The notes under the pieces were generated by a model. That model was not told where the DNA came from. It searched no databases and saw only the letters and a program-made list of their open reading frames with translations. From an uncultured Flavobacteriales bacterium (GTDB lineage Bacteria; Bacteroidota; Bacteroidia; Flavobacteriales_D; Crocinitomicaceae): a stretch of DNA of 64,000 nucleotides. Shown piece after piece: positions 1 through 9,385 of the stretch. Within the stretch, counting starts at the first letter, position 1; each line of letters opens with the position of its first letter. Made by a program: the position numbers and the translations under genes. The DNA is taken from contig CAZOLZ010000007.1 in NCBI GenBank assembly GCA_964580965.1, positions 34-64,033 on the forward strand. Direction: 5' to 3'.

Positions 1-800
1 AACACAATGCTTAATAATAATCCGGCAAGAAAATGCATTACTAAAAATCCCGTAATGATTGTTCCTAGTGAAAATGAACTAAAATAATAAGGTAGAAAAA
101 CTACTGTAGTAAAGTAATACAACTTTAATGGAATGAATTTAAGTAACTGTAATCTATATGCCTTTTTATTAGGAATTAAACCTATTTTATAATAATAAGT
201 ACATTTTACAAAATCTTTTCCAGTGACCCAAAATAGAGTCAATAAGGAGTAAAAAAACCAAACATAATAGTGTTGATACTTCTGGATTTTATACAATTTA
301 CTATGTGGTGAAAAACGAAGTAAAAATACTGGCGCTGTGATGTCTTCATCGTGTCCGTGAATATTTGTATAAGTATGGTGTAAAATATTGTGCTGAAATT
401 TCCACATTTTACTACTACAACCTAAAAAATCTAGAGTATGACCCAAGAAAAAACTTAGTTTTGGATTTGTAGTATAAGCACCATGATTGGCATCATGCAT
501 AATACCCATTCCGATACCAGCTATGCCTAGACCACTAATAGCATAAAGTAAAATTACCAGAAAATTTGAACTAACAATATCTAAACTAACTATAAAAATT
601 GGAATTATGTATGCCAATAACATAATAACAGTCTTTAAATACATCTCCACATTTGCCTGCTTCTTGATGTTGTTGGATTTAAAATACTCGTTAATTCTTT
701 CTTTTAAAGTTTGAGAGAACTCCTGTTCAACTGTTGAGGAAAATTTTAAATTTTTAATAAGCCTGAGTTTTAATTTACAAAAATAATTGATTAATTGCAT
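1..800 (-). CDS. Membrane fatty-acid desaturase (3' end cut by window edge)
   Basis: Not in the ORF track because no stop lies inside the window. My reverse-strand translation from the ATG at 800 stays open to position 1. It reads KFSSTVEQEFSQTLKERINEYF...GMGIMHDANHGAY...FQHNILHHTYTNIHGHDEDI, i.e. the HDxxH and HxxxHH histidine boxes of membrane diiron desaturases, plus hydrophobic segments. Start codon choice is uncertain. Confidence 0.75.
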   Translation of the reverse strand, partial: MQLINYFCKLKLRLIKNLKFSSTVEQEFSQTLKERINEYFKSNNIKKQANVEMYLKTVIMLLAYIIPIFIVSLDIVSSNFLVILLYAISGLGIAGIGMGIMHDANHGAYTTNPKLSFFLGHTLDFLGCSSKMWKFQHNILHHTYTNIHGHDEDITAPVFLLRFSPHSKLYKIQKYQHYYVWFFYSLLTLFWVTGKDFVKCTYYYKIGLIPNKKAYRLQLLKFIPLKLYYFTTVVFLPYYFSSFSLGTIITGFLVMHFLAGLLLSIV

Positions 801-924
801 TAACCTAATTTAAGACCTTTAATCTATGATTCAGTATCATTCGAATAAATTGATTCTTTAATTTTTGGAAGATCAATCAATATTTGTAAAGATAGTTCAT
901 TAACAAGTAATAAAAAAATTAATG

Positions 925-932
925 TAACTTTG
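925..932 (+). promoter_or_regulatory. Bacteroidota-type -7 box TAACTTTG, candidate promoter of the DEAD-box helicase gene (about 84-nt leader)
   Basis: Exact match to TAnnTTTG in the 215-bp spacer upstream of the ATG at 1016. Confidence 0.45.
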
Positions 933-1015
933 ATTCTTTATTATTTATCTGTTCGAGATATTTCAAAATATCTCAATTCAGTTATTGAAATGCTTGAAAA
1001 GTTGACAGTTCATTT

Positions 1016-2197
1016 ATGACACAAAAAGTACAAAACAAAAAATCTTTTAAAGGAAAGCCCAAAAAACCGATAAAAAAAGGAAAAAAATCTAGTATTAATC
1101 CAGAAGATTTAATTCAAAAAGCATCCATTAATGCTGCAAAACCAATTGAAGTAGATAATCGCTTTTCTGAAATGAATCTAAATCCTGTATTGAAAGCAAA
1201 TATTGCTAAAATTGGTTTCGAAAAACCTACACCAATTCAAGATCAATCATTGGACAAATTAATTGATGGTGAAAACCTAATTGGAATAGCAAATACAGGT
1301 ACTGGTAAAACGGGTGCGTTTTTAATTCCAATTATTGAAAATTTATTGGATGATGAAAAAGATAAATTTCAATCATTAATCATTTTACCTACAAGAGAAT
1401 TAGCTCTTCAAGTTTACGATGAATTTAAAAAGTTGGGATTAAACCTTAAATTAACTGCAGGATGTTTTATCGGTGGAACAAATATTGAAAAGGATATTAG
1501 AAGCTTAAAAAATCGTTTTGATGTGATTATCGGAACACCTGGACGTTTATTAGATTTAAAAAATAGAAAAGCGTTAAAATTAACTGCTGTTGAAGTCCTT
1601 GTTTTAGATGAATTTGACAAAATGCTTGATATGGGATTTATTAAAGACATACGAACAATTGTCAACGAACTAAAATATCGTAAACAAACTATTTTGTTTT
1701 CAGCTACAAATAATCGTTCTCAAAAATCAATCATTGATGAATTAGTCAAAAACCCGTTTTTAGTTGAAATTAATAAAGGAAATGAAACTTCTAAAAATGT
1801 TGAACAAGATATTATTCGTTTAGGAGATGGTCAAGATAAATTTAAAGTTTTAATTGACTTATTAAAAGATGAACGTTTTGATAAAGTGATTCTATTTATG
1901 GAAATGAAACACCAAGCAAATCGTTTGTCCAAAAAACTAAATAAACATGGAGTTAAAGCGGATCAAATTCATGGCGATAAATCTCAAAATTACCGAGTCA
2001 ATGCATTGAATAAATTTAAAACTGGAGCGATTCAGGTTTTAGTTGCAACTGATGTTGCTGCAAGAGGTATAGATGTGAATGATGTTTCTTTGGTAATTAA
2101 TTATGAACTACCTAAGGAATATGATTCCTACATTCACCGCATAGGAAGAACTGGAAGAGCTGGTAAAACAGGTAATGCTATAACTTTTATTGATTAA
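1016..2197 (+). CDS. DEAD-box ATP-dependent RNA helicase (DEFD variant, Lys-rich N-terminus)
   Basis: Q motif GFEKPTPIQ, motif I NTGTGKTGAF, Ia PTRELA, Ib TPGRL, II LDEFD, III SAT, V ATDVAARGID, VI HRIGRTGRAG. Confidence 0.9.
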   Translation: MTQKVQNKKSFKGKPKKPIKKGKKSSINPEDLIQKASINAAKPIEVDNRFSEMNLNPVLKANIAKIGFEKPTPIQDQSLDKLIDGENLIGIANTGTGKTGAFLIPIIENLLDDEKDKFQSLIILPTRELALQVYDEFKKLGLNLKLTAGCFIGGTNIEKDIRSLKNRFDVIIGTPGRLLDLKNRKALKLTAVEVLVLDEFDKMLDMGFIKDIRTIVNELKYRKQTILFSATNNRSQKSIIDELVKNPFLVEINKGNETSKNVEQDIIRLGDGQDKFKVLIDLLKDERFDKVILFMEMKHQANRLSKKLNKHGVKADQIHGDKSQNYRVNALNKFKTGAIQVLVATDVAARGIDVNDVSLVINYELPKEYDSYIHRIGRTGRAGKTGNAITFID

Positions 2198-2231
2198 TTT
2201 TGATTAATTATAATATAGTTCACATTCAATT

Positions 2232-2990
2232 ATGATACTTTTCGCAAAAGGATTTCTAAAAGCATTTAACAGAACTTTAGGAATTTTATTCCTATTCATA
2301 GCGTTGGGATTGTATTTTGATAGCCGGTTTTTTATTGATATTTATGATCAAGGTCAATGGATTGCAAATGGATTAATGGTAGCCGTATACATTCTACTTC
2401 TTTATCGAGGTACAAATCGTTCAAGGGAGTTAATGATTTATGCTACCTTAATTGGTATTGCTGGCGAATATCTTTTTTCTTTAGGCTTTGAAATGTATAC
2501 ATATCGTTTAGGGAATGTTCCTTGGTATGTTCCTCCTGGTCATGCTATTATTTACATTTCTGCCGTTTATTTTTGTCGAGAAGCATTTATAAAATTTAAT
2601 AGAAGTAAAATCGAACAAATCTTTAAACTCGGTATATTCTTTTATGCCTTTTTTTTCTTAGTTGTCTACTTTGATGTTTTTGGATTTGTTCTGACTTTAA
2701 TTTCTTTGTGGATATTAAAAAATAAACCTCGTGAAAGACTATTTTACTATTCTATGTATATCGTTGTGGCTTTTTTAGAAATAGTTGGAACAAGATATGC
2801 TTGTTGGTTTTGGCCAGATGAAGCTTTTGGTGTTTTTTCTTTTCTACCCAGCGCAAACCCTCCTAGTGGTATTAGTTTCTTTTATTTTGGATTAGATCTT
2901 GGAAGTTTATGGTTATACAAACAACGTCATAAGATAGCCTGGGGAAGAATGAAAAGTATTCGTACTATGAAAGAAACTTCAATTGTTTAG
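2232..2990 (+). CDS. Hypothetical polytopic membrane protein
   Basis: 252-aa ORF with about 6 hydrophobic helices, 34 nt after the helicase gene. I recognise no family motif. Confidence 0.55.
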   Translation: MILFAKGFLKAFNRTLGILFLFIALGLYFDSRFFIDIYDQGQWIANGLMVAVYILLLYRGTNRSRELMIYATLIGIAGEYLFSLGFEMYTYRLGNVPWYVPPGHAIIYISAVYFCREAFIKFNRSKIEQIFKLGIFFYAFFFLVVYFDVFGFVLTLISLWILKNKPRERLFYYSMYIVVAFLEIVGTRYACWFWPDEAFGVFSFLPSANPPSGISFFYFGLDLGSLWLYKQRHKIAWGRMKSIRTMKETSIV

Positions 2991-3027
2991 AATTTAAAGA
3001 ACACCTTATTTAGGTATTCTTTAAATT
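2991..3027. terminator. Bidirectional hairpin between convergent genes
   Basis: AATTTAAAGAA (2991-3001) pairs perfectly with TTCTTTAAATT (3017-3027), with inner ACCT/AGGT pairing. It lies exactly between the stop at 2990 (+) and the stop at 3042 (-). The stem is AT-rich, so strength is uncertain. Confidence 0.5.
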
Positions 3028-3041
3028 CTTTGTCTATACAT

Positions 3042-3995
3042 TTATTCCCCTAATACACTATCTACCCAGGATTTTCCCCATTCTTCAACTTCTTTTTCAG
3101 ACCACAACTCTGGATAAAAAATTCTCTTTTGGAACCTTGGTGGTAAATATTTTTGCCAGTTTGTTCCTCCTGTTGCAGCAATATCTTCAGGAGCTTTGTG
3201 TAAATATCTTACAGCTGATTTATAATGTGATAGAGGCCAATTAACATTCACATTAATATCATTTTTACGCAACACTTGTTTTACTTCCGGTAAGGCTTGT
3301 TCTTCTGGAGTCAAACGTAAATATGCTTGCCACAAATTCTTTGTACGATATTCTTCTCCTAAAGCGATAAATTCATCTTTATAACGTTCTTCGAATTGAA
3401 TTAAAGTTAATGTCTTTTTACCTGTAGCTAATTCTGTTGCGCCTTCTTTCCAGTAAATATGCTCGAATAAATTTGCAATTGAATCTTTTGGATCAATTTG
3501 AGCTCTTACATCTTTAGCAACTAAATTTTTGAAATCAGTAGAACAAATCTCTATTTTGCGGTATTGTGCAGATTGAAAACCACTTGCAGGTAACAATGAC
3601 ATTCTAAATTTTAAGAATTGGTCTCTTTCCATTCCATCAATCATTATGTCAAAGCTGTGTGTTAAAGCTTCAAAATAACGATTAATTCTTGTTACCCTAT
3701 CCACAAAGAATTTTGCATTCAAATCTTCTTTCTCTCCAACTTGTTCAAACTCTCTTAGTGCTAATTTGAAATATAGTTCTGTAATTTGATGATACATGAT
3801 AAAAATTACCTCATCAGGGAGACTTGTACGAGGCTTTTGTAAACTTAATAACGTATCTACCTCAACATAGTCCCAATATTTAACTGTATCTGCATACAAT
3901 AAGCCATCCAAATAAGACAATAAATCTTGCCCTAAAGCACTATATTTTTTTTCTAATAATTCTAACCTTTGAGTTATTTCTGGTGTTATCTCCAT
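3042..3995 (-). CDS. kynA: Tryptophan 2,3-dioxygenase
   Basis: 317 aa. YHQITELYFKL helix and overall TDO-like layout (WDYVEVDTLLSLQKP, SGFQSAQYR). Confidence 0.85.
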   Translation of the reverse strand: MEITPEITQRLELLEKKYSALGQDLLSYLDGLLYADTVKYWDYVEVDTLLSLQKPRTSLPDEVIFIMYHQITELYFKLALREFEQVGEKEDLNAKFFVDRVTRINRYFEALTHSFDIMIDGMERDQFLKFRMSLLPASGFQSAQYRKIEICSTDFKNLVAKDVRAQIDPKDSIANLFEHIYWKEGATELATGKKTLTLIQFEERYKDEFIALGEEYRTKNLWQAYLRLTPEEQALPEVKQVLRKNDINVNVNWPLSHYKSAVRYLHKAPEDIAATGGTNWQKYLPPRFQKRIFYPELWSEKEVEEWGKSWVDSVLGE

Positions 3996-4022
3996 AATAT
4001 TTCAATTATTTTATGTCTTAAG

Positions 4023-4030
4023 CAAATGTA
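4023..4030 (-). promoter_or_regulatory. -7 box TACATTTG, candidate kynA promoter
   Basis: Reverse complement of caaatgta, 27 nt upstream of the ATG at 3995. Confidence 0.5.
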
Positions 4031-4207
4031 ATTACCGAATGTTTAATTTTAAAAAAAATGTCGTTAATATTTATTATTCTAACAAGATGTTATTTTTTTG
4101 TTATAATTTGATTCGGTTTACAGTATAAAAGTAAAAACAATATTCAATTTAGGTAGTAGACTAAAAGTGAATGAGTAAATCATTTTAGATAATTAAGTGA
4201 AATTCAC

Positions 4208-4215
4208 TAACTTTG
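4208..4215 (+). promoter_or_regulatory. -7 box TAACTTTG, candidate pgk promoter
   Basis: Exact TAnnTTTG, 17 nt upstream of the ATG at 4233. Confidence 0.55.
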
Positions 4216-4232
4216 TGTAAAATTTTTATAAA

Positions 4233-5447
4233 ATGGCTGATATACATTCATATGATTTTAAAGGAAAGCGAGCATTAATCCGTGTTGATTTTAATGTTCC
4301 ATTAGACAAAGAAACTTTAGCAGTTACTGATGATACAAGAATTCGTGCTGCTGTTCCAACAATTAAACACGTTTTAAATAATGGAGGAAGTGTTGTTTTA
4401 ATGTCACACTTAGGAAGACCAAAAGAAGGGTTTGAGGATAAATTTTCTTTAAAACATATTGTAAACAGAGTTGCTGAATTGATTGGTCACTCTATTTCTT
4501 TTACTGAAGATTGTATCGGTGAAAAAGCAACTCAAATGACAGCTAATTTACCTGCTGGAGAAGTTGTTTTATTAGAAAATTTACGTTTCTATAAACAAGA
4601 GACTACAGGAACAGAAAGTTTTGCACAAGAATTAGCAAAACATGGTGATGTATACATTAATGATGCATTTGGTACAGCTCACAGAGCACATGCAAGTACT
4701 GCGGTTATAGCTAAATTCTTTCCAAATGATAAAATGTTTGGTTATTTACTTGAAGCTGAAATCAAAAGTGTAGATAAAGTTTTAAATAGTACTGAAAAAC
4801 CATTAACTGCTATTGTTGGTGGTGCCAAAGTTTCTTCTAAAATTACAATTATTGAGCAATTATTAGAAAAAGTAGACAACTTAATCGTTGGAGGAGGAAT
4901 GGCTTTCACTTTTGTTAAAGCAAAAGGGGGGGAAGTTGGAAACTCATTAATTGAAGATGATTATATCCAAACTGCCATTGAAATCATGGAAAAAGCAAAA
5001 ACAAAAGGCGTGAATTTATACATTCCTATTGATGCTATTATTGCTGATACATTTTCTAATGATGCAAACAGACAAACAGTAAAAATTGACCAAATTCCAT
5101 CAGGATGGATGGGATTAGATGTTGGGCCAGAAACTTCAAAAGATTGTGCTGAAATCATTGAAAATTCTAAATTGATTTTATGGAATGGTCCAATGGGTGT
5201 TTTTGAAATGTCCAACTTCCAAGCTGGAACTAAAAAAGCTGCTGACGCGATTGTTAAAGCGACTGAAAAAGGTGCTTTCTCATTAATCGGTGGTGGAGAT
5301 TCTGTTGCTGCAATCAACTTGTTTAATTTAGCTGATAAAGTAAGCTATGTATCAACTGGTGGTGGTGCTATGTTAGAATACCTAGAAGGTATTGAATTGC
5401 CAGGAATTAAGGCAATTAAAGAGTTAACTTTGGAAGCAAATCATTAA
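4233..5447 (+). CDS. pgk: Phosphoglycerate kinase
   Basis: [46 protein letters not shown]. Confidence 0.97.
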   Translation: MADIHSYDFKGKRALIRVDFNVPLDKETLAVTDDTRIRAAVPTIKHVLNNGGSVVLMSHLGRPKEGFEDKFSLKHIVNRVAELIGHSISFTEDCIGEKATQMTANLPAGEVVLLENLRFYKQETTGTESFAQELAKHGDVYINDAFGTAHRAHASTAVIAKFFPNDKMFGYLLEAEIKSVDKVLNSTEKPLTAIVGGAKVSSKITIIEQLLEKVDNLIVGGGMAFTFVKAKGGEVGNSLIEDDYIQTAIEIMEKAKTKGVNLYIPIDAIIADTFSNDANRQTVKIDQIPSGWMGLDVGPETSKDCAEIIENSKLILWNGPMGVFEMSNFQAGTKKAADAIVKATEKGAFSLIGGGDSVAAINLFNLADKVSYVSTGGGAMLEYLEGIELPGIKAIKELTLEANH

Positions 5448-5494
5448 AACTATTCCAAATTCTATCTCAAAAAAATAAGTAACTGATGAAAATT

Positions 5495-5524
5495 AAAAAA
5501 GGCCTTCATATTGAGGGCCTTTTT
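5495..5524. terminator. Bidirectional rho-independent terminator (pgk / barrel gene)
   Basis: AAAAAAGGCC - 11-nt loop - GGCCTTTTT, with an A-run on one side and a T-run on the other, between convergent stops at 5447 and 5537. Confidence 0.7.
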
Positions 5525-5536
5525 CTTTTTTTAAAA

Positions 5537-6382
5537 TTAAAAGTTGAATACAACCCCTATTGAAAATGGAAAAATAGTTGCTGTCTTTCCATCAACAAAC
5601 ATGGATGTAAGACTATAGTTGGCATAAATCCCAAAATCATTGTATCCTGTTCTTAATGTTGCATCCAAGGTTAATGTATTTAAATGAAAATCATCTTTAA
5701 TTTTACTCTCAAACGATTTACCCGAATAGTCTTTACCTTTCCTTTTAGTTTTTGAACCAAGCCTTAAACCACCAACAACACCGGTTACTAAATAAAAACC
5801 TCCTTCTTGCTTTGAAGAGATGTCAAGTAACAACGGTACATTCAAATAAGTTGCTTTTAATTTATTTGTTGAATAATTTACTGTTGTATTCAATGTTGCA
5901 AAAACAGAATCTTGATTTGCTGTTAAAACGTAATTATTTTTAAATCCATAACTGTTAAATGTGAAACCAACTCCTGTGGTTATTCCCACCACACTTCCTA
6001 TTAATCTAATTTTTTTCTCTGCTATATTTAGACCATAACTGTATGACCTTGCTGGATCAATTTCCCAATATCTTTCATTTGGAAAAGATAAGCCTTGTGT
6101 TTCATTTGTCAAAAAATTAAGTCCAACTGAAAAACCTGCCCAATGTGCTTCACTTCTATTTTTATCTATTTTAGCATCTTTTCCTTTAGAGGAATTACTT
6201 TGAATATTTATTTGTTTGATTGAATCATTTACTTTTATAATCTCTAATATACTTCCGTAACGTTTTACATTTGAATCTGAAACAATTAGTGATGATGAAT
6301 CTACAGATTCAATTGTTTGTTCTTGTTGAGCAAAAGCCGTTAAATTAATTGTAAGTAAACCTAAAAGTACTGTTTTTATCAT
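5537..6382 (-). CDS. Outer-membrane beta-barrel protein (porin-family-like), secreted
   Basis: Start moved to the internal Met (MIKTVLLGLLTINLTAFAQQ signal peptide). Alternating beta-strand pattern and C-terminal ...GVVFNF aromatic terminus. The track's longer start would overlap the upstream gene. Confidence 0.6.
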   Translation of the reverse strand: MIKTVLLGLLTINLTAFAQQEQTIESVDSSSLIVSDSNVKRYGSILEIIKVNDSIKQINIQSNSSKGKDAKIDKNRSEAHWAGFSVGLNFLTNETQGLSFPNERYWEIDPARSYSYGLNIAEKKIRLIGSVVGITTGVGFTFNSYGFKNNYVLTANQDSVFATLNTTVNYSTNKLKATYLNVPLLLDISSKQEGGFYLVTGVVGGLRLGSKTKRKGKDYSGKSFESKIKDDFHLNTLTLDATLRTGYNDFGIYANYSLTSMFVDGKTATIFPFSIGVVFNF

Positions 6383-6422
6383 TGTATCTAATTTAAAAAT
6401 ATATGTGTAAAAATCATGCCAA

Positions 6423-7166
6423 TTATTTAATCGGTTTATAAAGTGTGGGTCTACTTGGACTTGCATCATTCTCAAAAGCTGCTATTTGTAGCTCTAATAA
6501 ATAATTTCCATCTTGAATTTCATTTTCTACGAAGACTAACTCTGTTATTGTTTTGTGAAATTGAGGATTTTCAGGAACTTTCCAAAACGCGTGATGAAAA
6601 GCCAATACTCCTCCATCTTCTTCCCGATCAACAGATGGTGTATCAATAAGTAAATGTTGAACATCTATTTTATTAAAAAGATCGATACAATCTATGTGCA
6701 AGTATGGAGGATTTGAGGCTGAATAATTTCGGTGTTTCTTTTCCTCTTCATTTGGTATAGTTCGAATAATTAATGCCTCGATTGATGCAATACCTTTTAA
6801 TTTTTCTTCTAATAATGCTTTTGTAATTACCAAATCACCATCTAGTTCAGCGGGTTTAATTGTTACAAGAACTGCATTAAAAAAATACTCTTTCAAGCAT
6901 TGATTAACAGAATAGACTTCATTTGTGATGTGTCCTAAACATTCTGTATGTGTCCCATGACCATGGGGGTTGAAAGATATGTTCCTAAAATTAACACTCC
7001 CCCCTTGTGCAACAGTTCCAACAAAACCATCTCCTTTTACAGGCTCAATGATTGGTGCTTCAACGTACCAAGCACGTGGATTTTGATTATCATTAGTTAA
7101 TGGTAAGGCAATTGACAAAGGTTTGCTTGTGTCAAACTTCCCAAAATTTTCGATTTCTATAATCAT
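6423..7166 (-). CDS. Cyclase-family protein, candidate kynurenine (aryl)formamidase
   Basis: Metal-binding-like HGHGTHTECLGH resembles the HxGTHxDxPxH motif of the cyclase/KynB family. Assignment to the formamidase step rests on neighbourhood and is an inference. Confidence 0.55.
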   Translation of the reverse strand: MIIEIENFGKFDTSKPLSIALPLTNDNQNPRAWYVEAPIIEPVKGDGFVGTVAQGGSVNFRNISFNPHGHGTHTECLGHITNEVYSVNQCLKEYFFNAVLVTIKPAELDGDLVITKALLEEKLKGIASIEALIIRTIPNEEEKKHRNYSASNPPYLHIDCIDLFNKIDVQHLLIDTPSVDREEDGGVLAFHHAFWKVPENPQFHKTITELVFVENEIQDGNYLLELQIAAFENDASPSRPTLYKPIK

Positions 7167-7167
7167 T

Positions 7168-8328
7168 TTAATAACTCATTTCAACAATTTCTTGTACGAT
7201 TTCTGGTGTGATTGTTTTATGTTCACCCAAGCCTATCCAATTTCGTTCAATGAAACGATTTTTAATTTTTTCTGCTGTTCCATCGAACTCTTTCACATAA
7301 TCTGAAAGTCGTGTAGGAATTCCTAATGATTGGAAAAATACTTCCATTGTCTCTATTCCTTTATGCGCTTTTTCATCAATATTTCCTTCTTTTACATCAA
7401 AAACACGTTCAGCAAATTGTGCTAATTTCTGTTTTTTCGTTTCAAAATTCTTTCTATAATGGCTTGGAGCAATGATTGCCAACGTTCTTGCGTGATCTAT
7501 TCCATATAAAGCTGTTAGTTCATGACCAATAGAATGAATAGCCCAGTCTGTTGGAACCCCTTTTTGAATTAATCCATTTAAAGCCATTGTACAACACCAC
7601 ATGTAATTTGAAGCAGCTTCATAATCAAAAGGTTTGTCTAAAATAGATGGTCCAACTTCAATCAACGTTTTCATAATACTTTCTGCAAAACGATCTTGTA
7701 AATCAGCATTAGCTGGATAAGTCATATACTGTTCCATTACGTGCGTAAAAGCATCCGTAACACCATTTGCAATTTGATTTCTAGGAATAGACTGAACCAC
7801 TAGAGGATCCAAAATCGAGAATTGAGGAAATAAACCTGGCCCTCCCATTCCTAATTTTTCTTTAGTTTCTGCTCTTGTTATGACAGCTCCCGAATTCATT
7901 TCTGAACCTGTTGCTGGCATAGTTAATACAGTTCCAAAAGGCATTCCAACTTCAGTTCGAATATGTTTTTTCAAAATATCCCAAGGTTCATCTCCTTGGT
8001 ATAAAGAAGCAGATGATAAGAATTTAGTTCCATCAATAACTGAACCTCCTCCAACTGCTAGTAAATAAGTAATCTTTTCTAATTTGATAATTTCTAATGC
8101 TTTCAACAAAACCGAATACTCAGGATTTGCAGGAATACCTCCAAATTCAATGATTTCGAAACTCATTAAAGCCGATTTAACTTGTTCATAAATACCATTC
8201 TTTTTGATACTTCCTCCTCCGAACAGCATTAAAACTTTAGCACCTTGGGGTATTTCAGTTGAAAGTTTTGCAATTGTATCTTTTCCGAAAATTATTTTCG
8301 TTGGATTTTTGAATTCAAAATTTAGCAT
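7168..8328 (-). CDS. Iron-containing (group III) alcohol dehydrogenase, YqhD/butanol-DH-like
   Basis: GGGSVIDGTKF, MPATGSEMN, and His-rich metal-site regions (HVMEQY, HSIGHELT). Confidence 0.85.
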   Translation of the reverse strand: MLNFEFKNPTKIIFGKDTIAKLSTEIPQGAKVLMLFGGGSIKKNGIYEQVKSALMSFEIIEFGGIPANPEYSVLLKALEIIKLEKITYLLAVGGGSVIDGTKFLSSASLYQGDEPWDILKKHIRTEVGMPFGTVLTMPATGSEMNSGAVITRAETKEKLGMGGPGLFPQFSILDPLVVQSIPRNQIANGVTDAFTHVMEQYMTYPANADLQDRFAESIMKTLIEVGPSILDKPFDYEAASNYMWCCTMALNGLIQKGVPTDWAIHSIGHELTALYGIDHARTLAIIAPSHYRKNFETKKQKLAQFAERVFDVKEGNIDEKAHKGIETMEVFFQSLGIPTRLSDYVKEFDGTAEKIKNRFIERNWIGLGEHKTITPEIVQEIVEMSY

Positions 8329-8405
8329 TACTGGTGTATTTTATGTTTAAAACTAAAATTATAAATTTTATAGATTGAAAGTAAATATCATAAATATAGC
8401 ATTTA

Positions 8406-9215
8406 TCAATCTTTTTCTACTTTTAAAAAATAAAAAGCAGATGCAACTAAAGCATATGTTGGTGCAACAAACCAACCAATCACAGGAATTAATAATAAGA
8501 ACATAAAACCTAACCCAATTGTAAACATTGAGGTTTTATTTTTCTTATAATACTGTTCACTCTCTTTAATTGTAAATTGATTACGCTCTAATGAATAATC
8601 TGTAATTAAAACCCCATTATAATATGCCTGAACAATAAATGTTGCGAGGGGTGTTATCACGAACATGTAAGGTATAAATGCAATCAAAGTTATGGCAATA
8701 AAAAACAATAACTGTTTGAATGTATTCCGAATGGATATTTTTAAACCTCTTCGTATTTCACCAATAAATATTTTCCATTTAAATGGATATGTTTTACCAT
8801 TTATTAACTCTTCTGTTTTTGAACTAATAAAAGAAAAATAAGGTGTTCCAATAATCATAAAAAGGAACAAGAAAATGGCATCCTTATTTACTATAATAGT
8901 TTTGCGTAAAATCCAGAAAACAGCTGTAAAACCTTGTCTTAACTCTTCATCAGTAAAATTGAAAAAAATATTAATTTTAGGTATAGCCCATTCAATTGTT
9001 GGGGATTCAATTGACGCCATCAAGTTCAATAACCAATTAATACCAATACTGAATAGAACCAAAAAGAAAAACCCTGAAATAAATAGGTAACGTTTCAGTT
9101 TGTTGGCAAGAATAAAATTATGGGCTTTAAAAAACAATTGTAAACCACTTACCATTGTTTCATTGTAATAATTGATTTTACCTTTTAATTTTTTAAAAAA
9201 TGATTTAAATCCCAT
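8406..9215 (-). CDS. Polytopic membrane protein, possibly EI24/CysZ-like
   Basis: Start placed at the internal Met MGFKSFF (the track start is 9296). Has 4-6 TM helices. Family assignment is from general resemblance only. Confidence 0.4.
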   Translation of the reverse strand: MGFKSFFKKLKGKINYYNETMVSGLQLFFKAHNFILANKLKRYLFISGFFFLVLFSIGINWLLNLMASIESPTIEWAIPKINIFFNFTDEELRQGFTAVFWILRKTIIVNKDAIFLFLFMIIGTPYFSFISSKTEELINGKTYPFKWKIFIGEIRRGLKISIRNTFKQLLFFIAITLIAFIPYMFVITPLATFIVQAYYNGVLITDYSLERNQFTIKESEQYYKKNKTSMFTIGLGFMFLLLIPVIGWFVAPTYALVASAFYFLKVEKD

Positions 9216-9333
9216 AGTATTAATAAAGTTGAAATTTAAAAATAATAATAGAAACAAATAAATTAAACCTGTATTATCAACTATTTTATAGATCAAGTTA
9301 TATTCTATTAAAATTGATTGTCAATGGCTTTTA

Positions 9334-9368
9334 CAAAAAAAGGCTACTTCAATTTTGAAATAGCCTTT
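9334..9368 (-). terminator. Rho-independent terminator after the ALDH gene
   Basis: On the minus strand: AAAGGCTA-TTTCAAAATTGAAG-TAGCCTTT followed by TTTTTTGT. Inner TTCAA/TTGAA pairing extends the stem. Confidence 0.65.
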
Positions 9369-9385
9369 AATAATTAAAAAATAAA

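Noticed and set aside
4921-4935. G7 homopolymer in pgk (AAA GGG GGG GAA) as a possible slipped-strand phase-variation tract. Similar G6/C6 runs occur at about 6991-6996 and 17286-17291
   Set aside because: Each run encodes conserved Gly-Gly or Pro-Pro dipeptides in intact housekeeping genes. There is no sign of frameshifted copies, and the runs are too short for a typical contingency locus.
4961-5317. 118-aa minus-strand ORF inside pgk. The same class includes 1414..1665, 7880..8068, 8875..9090, 9724..9918, 10032..10283, 12252..12476, 12993..13196, 15417..15602, 18599..18841, 20311..20683, 22685..22888, 25029..25322, 26719..26956, 33162..33401, 34970..35200, 38977..39168, 42568..42902, 46198..46389, 49405..49671, 54298..55105, 55997..56197 and 60353..60538
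   Set aside because: All are embedded in, and antisense or out of frame to, strongly supported genes. None shows a motif or signal peptide, and none has its own promoter box.
6383-6475. N-terminal extension of the barrel-protein ORF (track start 6475), and the small + ORFs 5752..5943 and 6443..6649
   Set aside because: The extension would overlap the cyclase gene end by 53 nt and precedes a perfect signal peptide at the internal Met (6382). The + ORFs are shadows.
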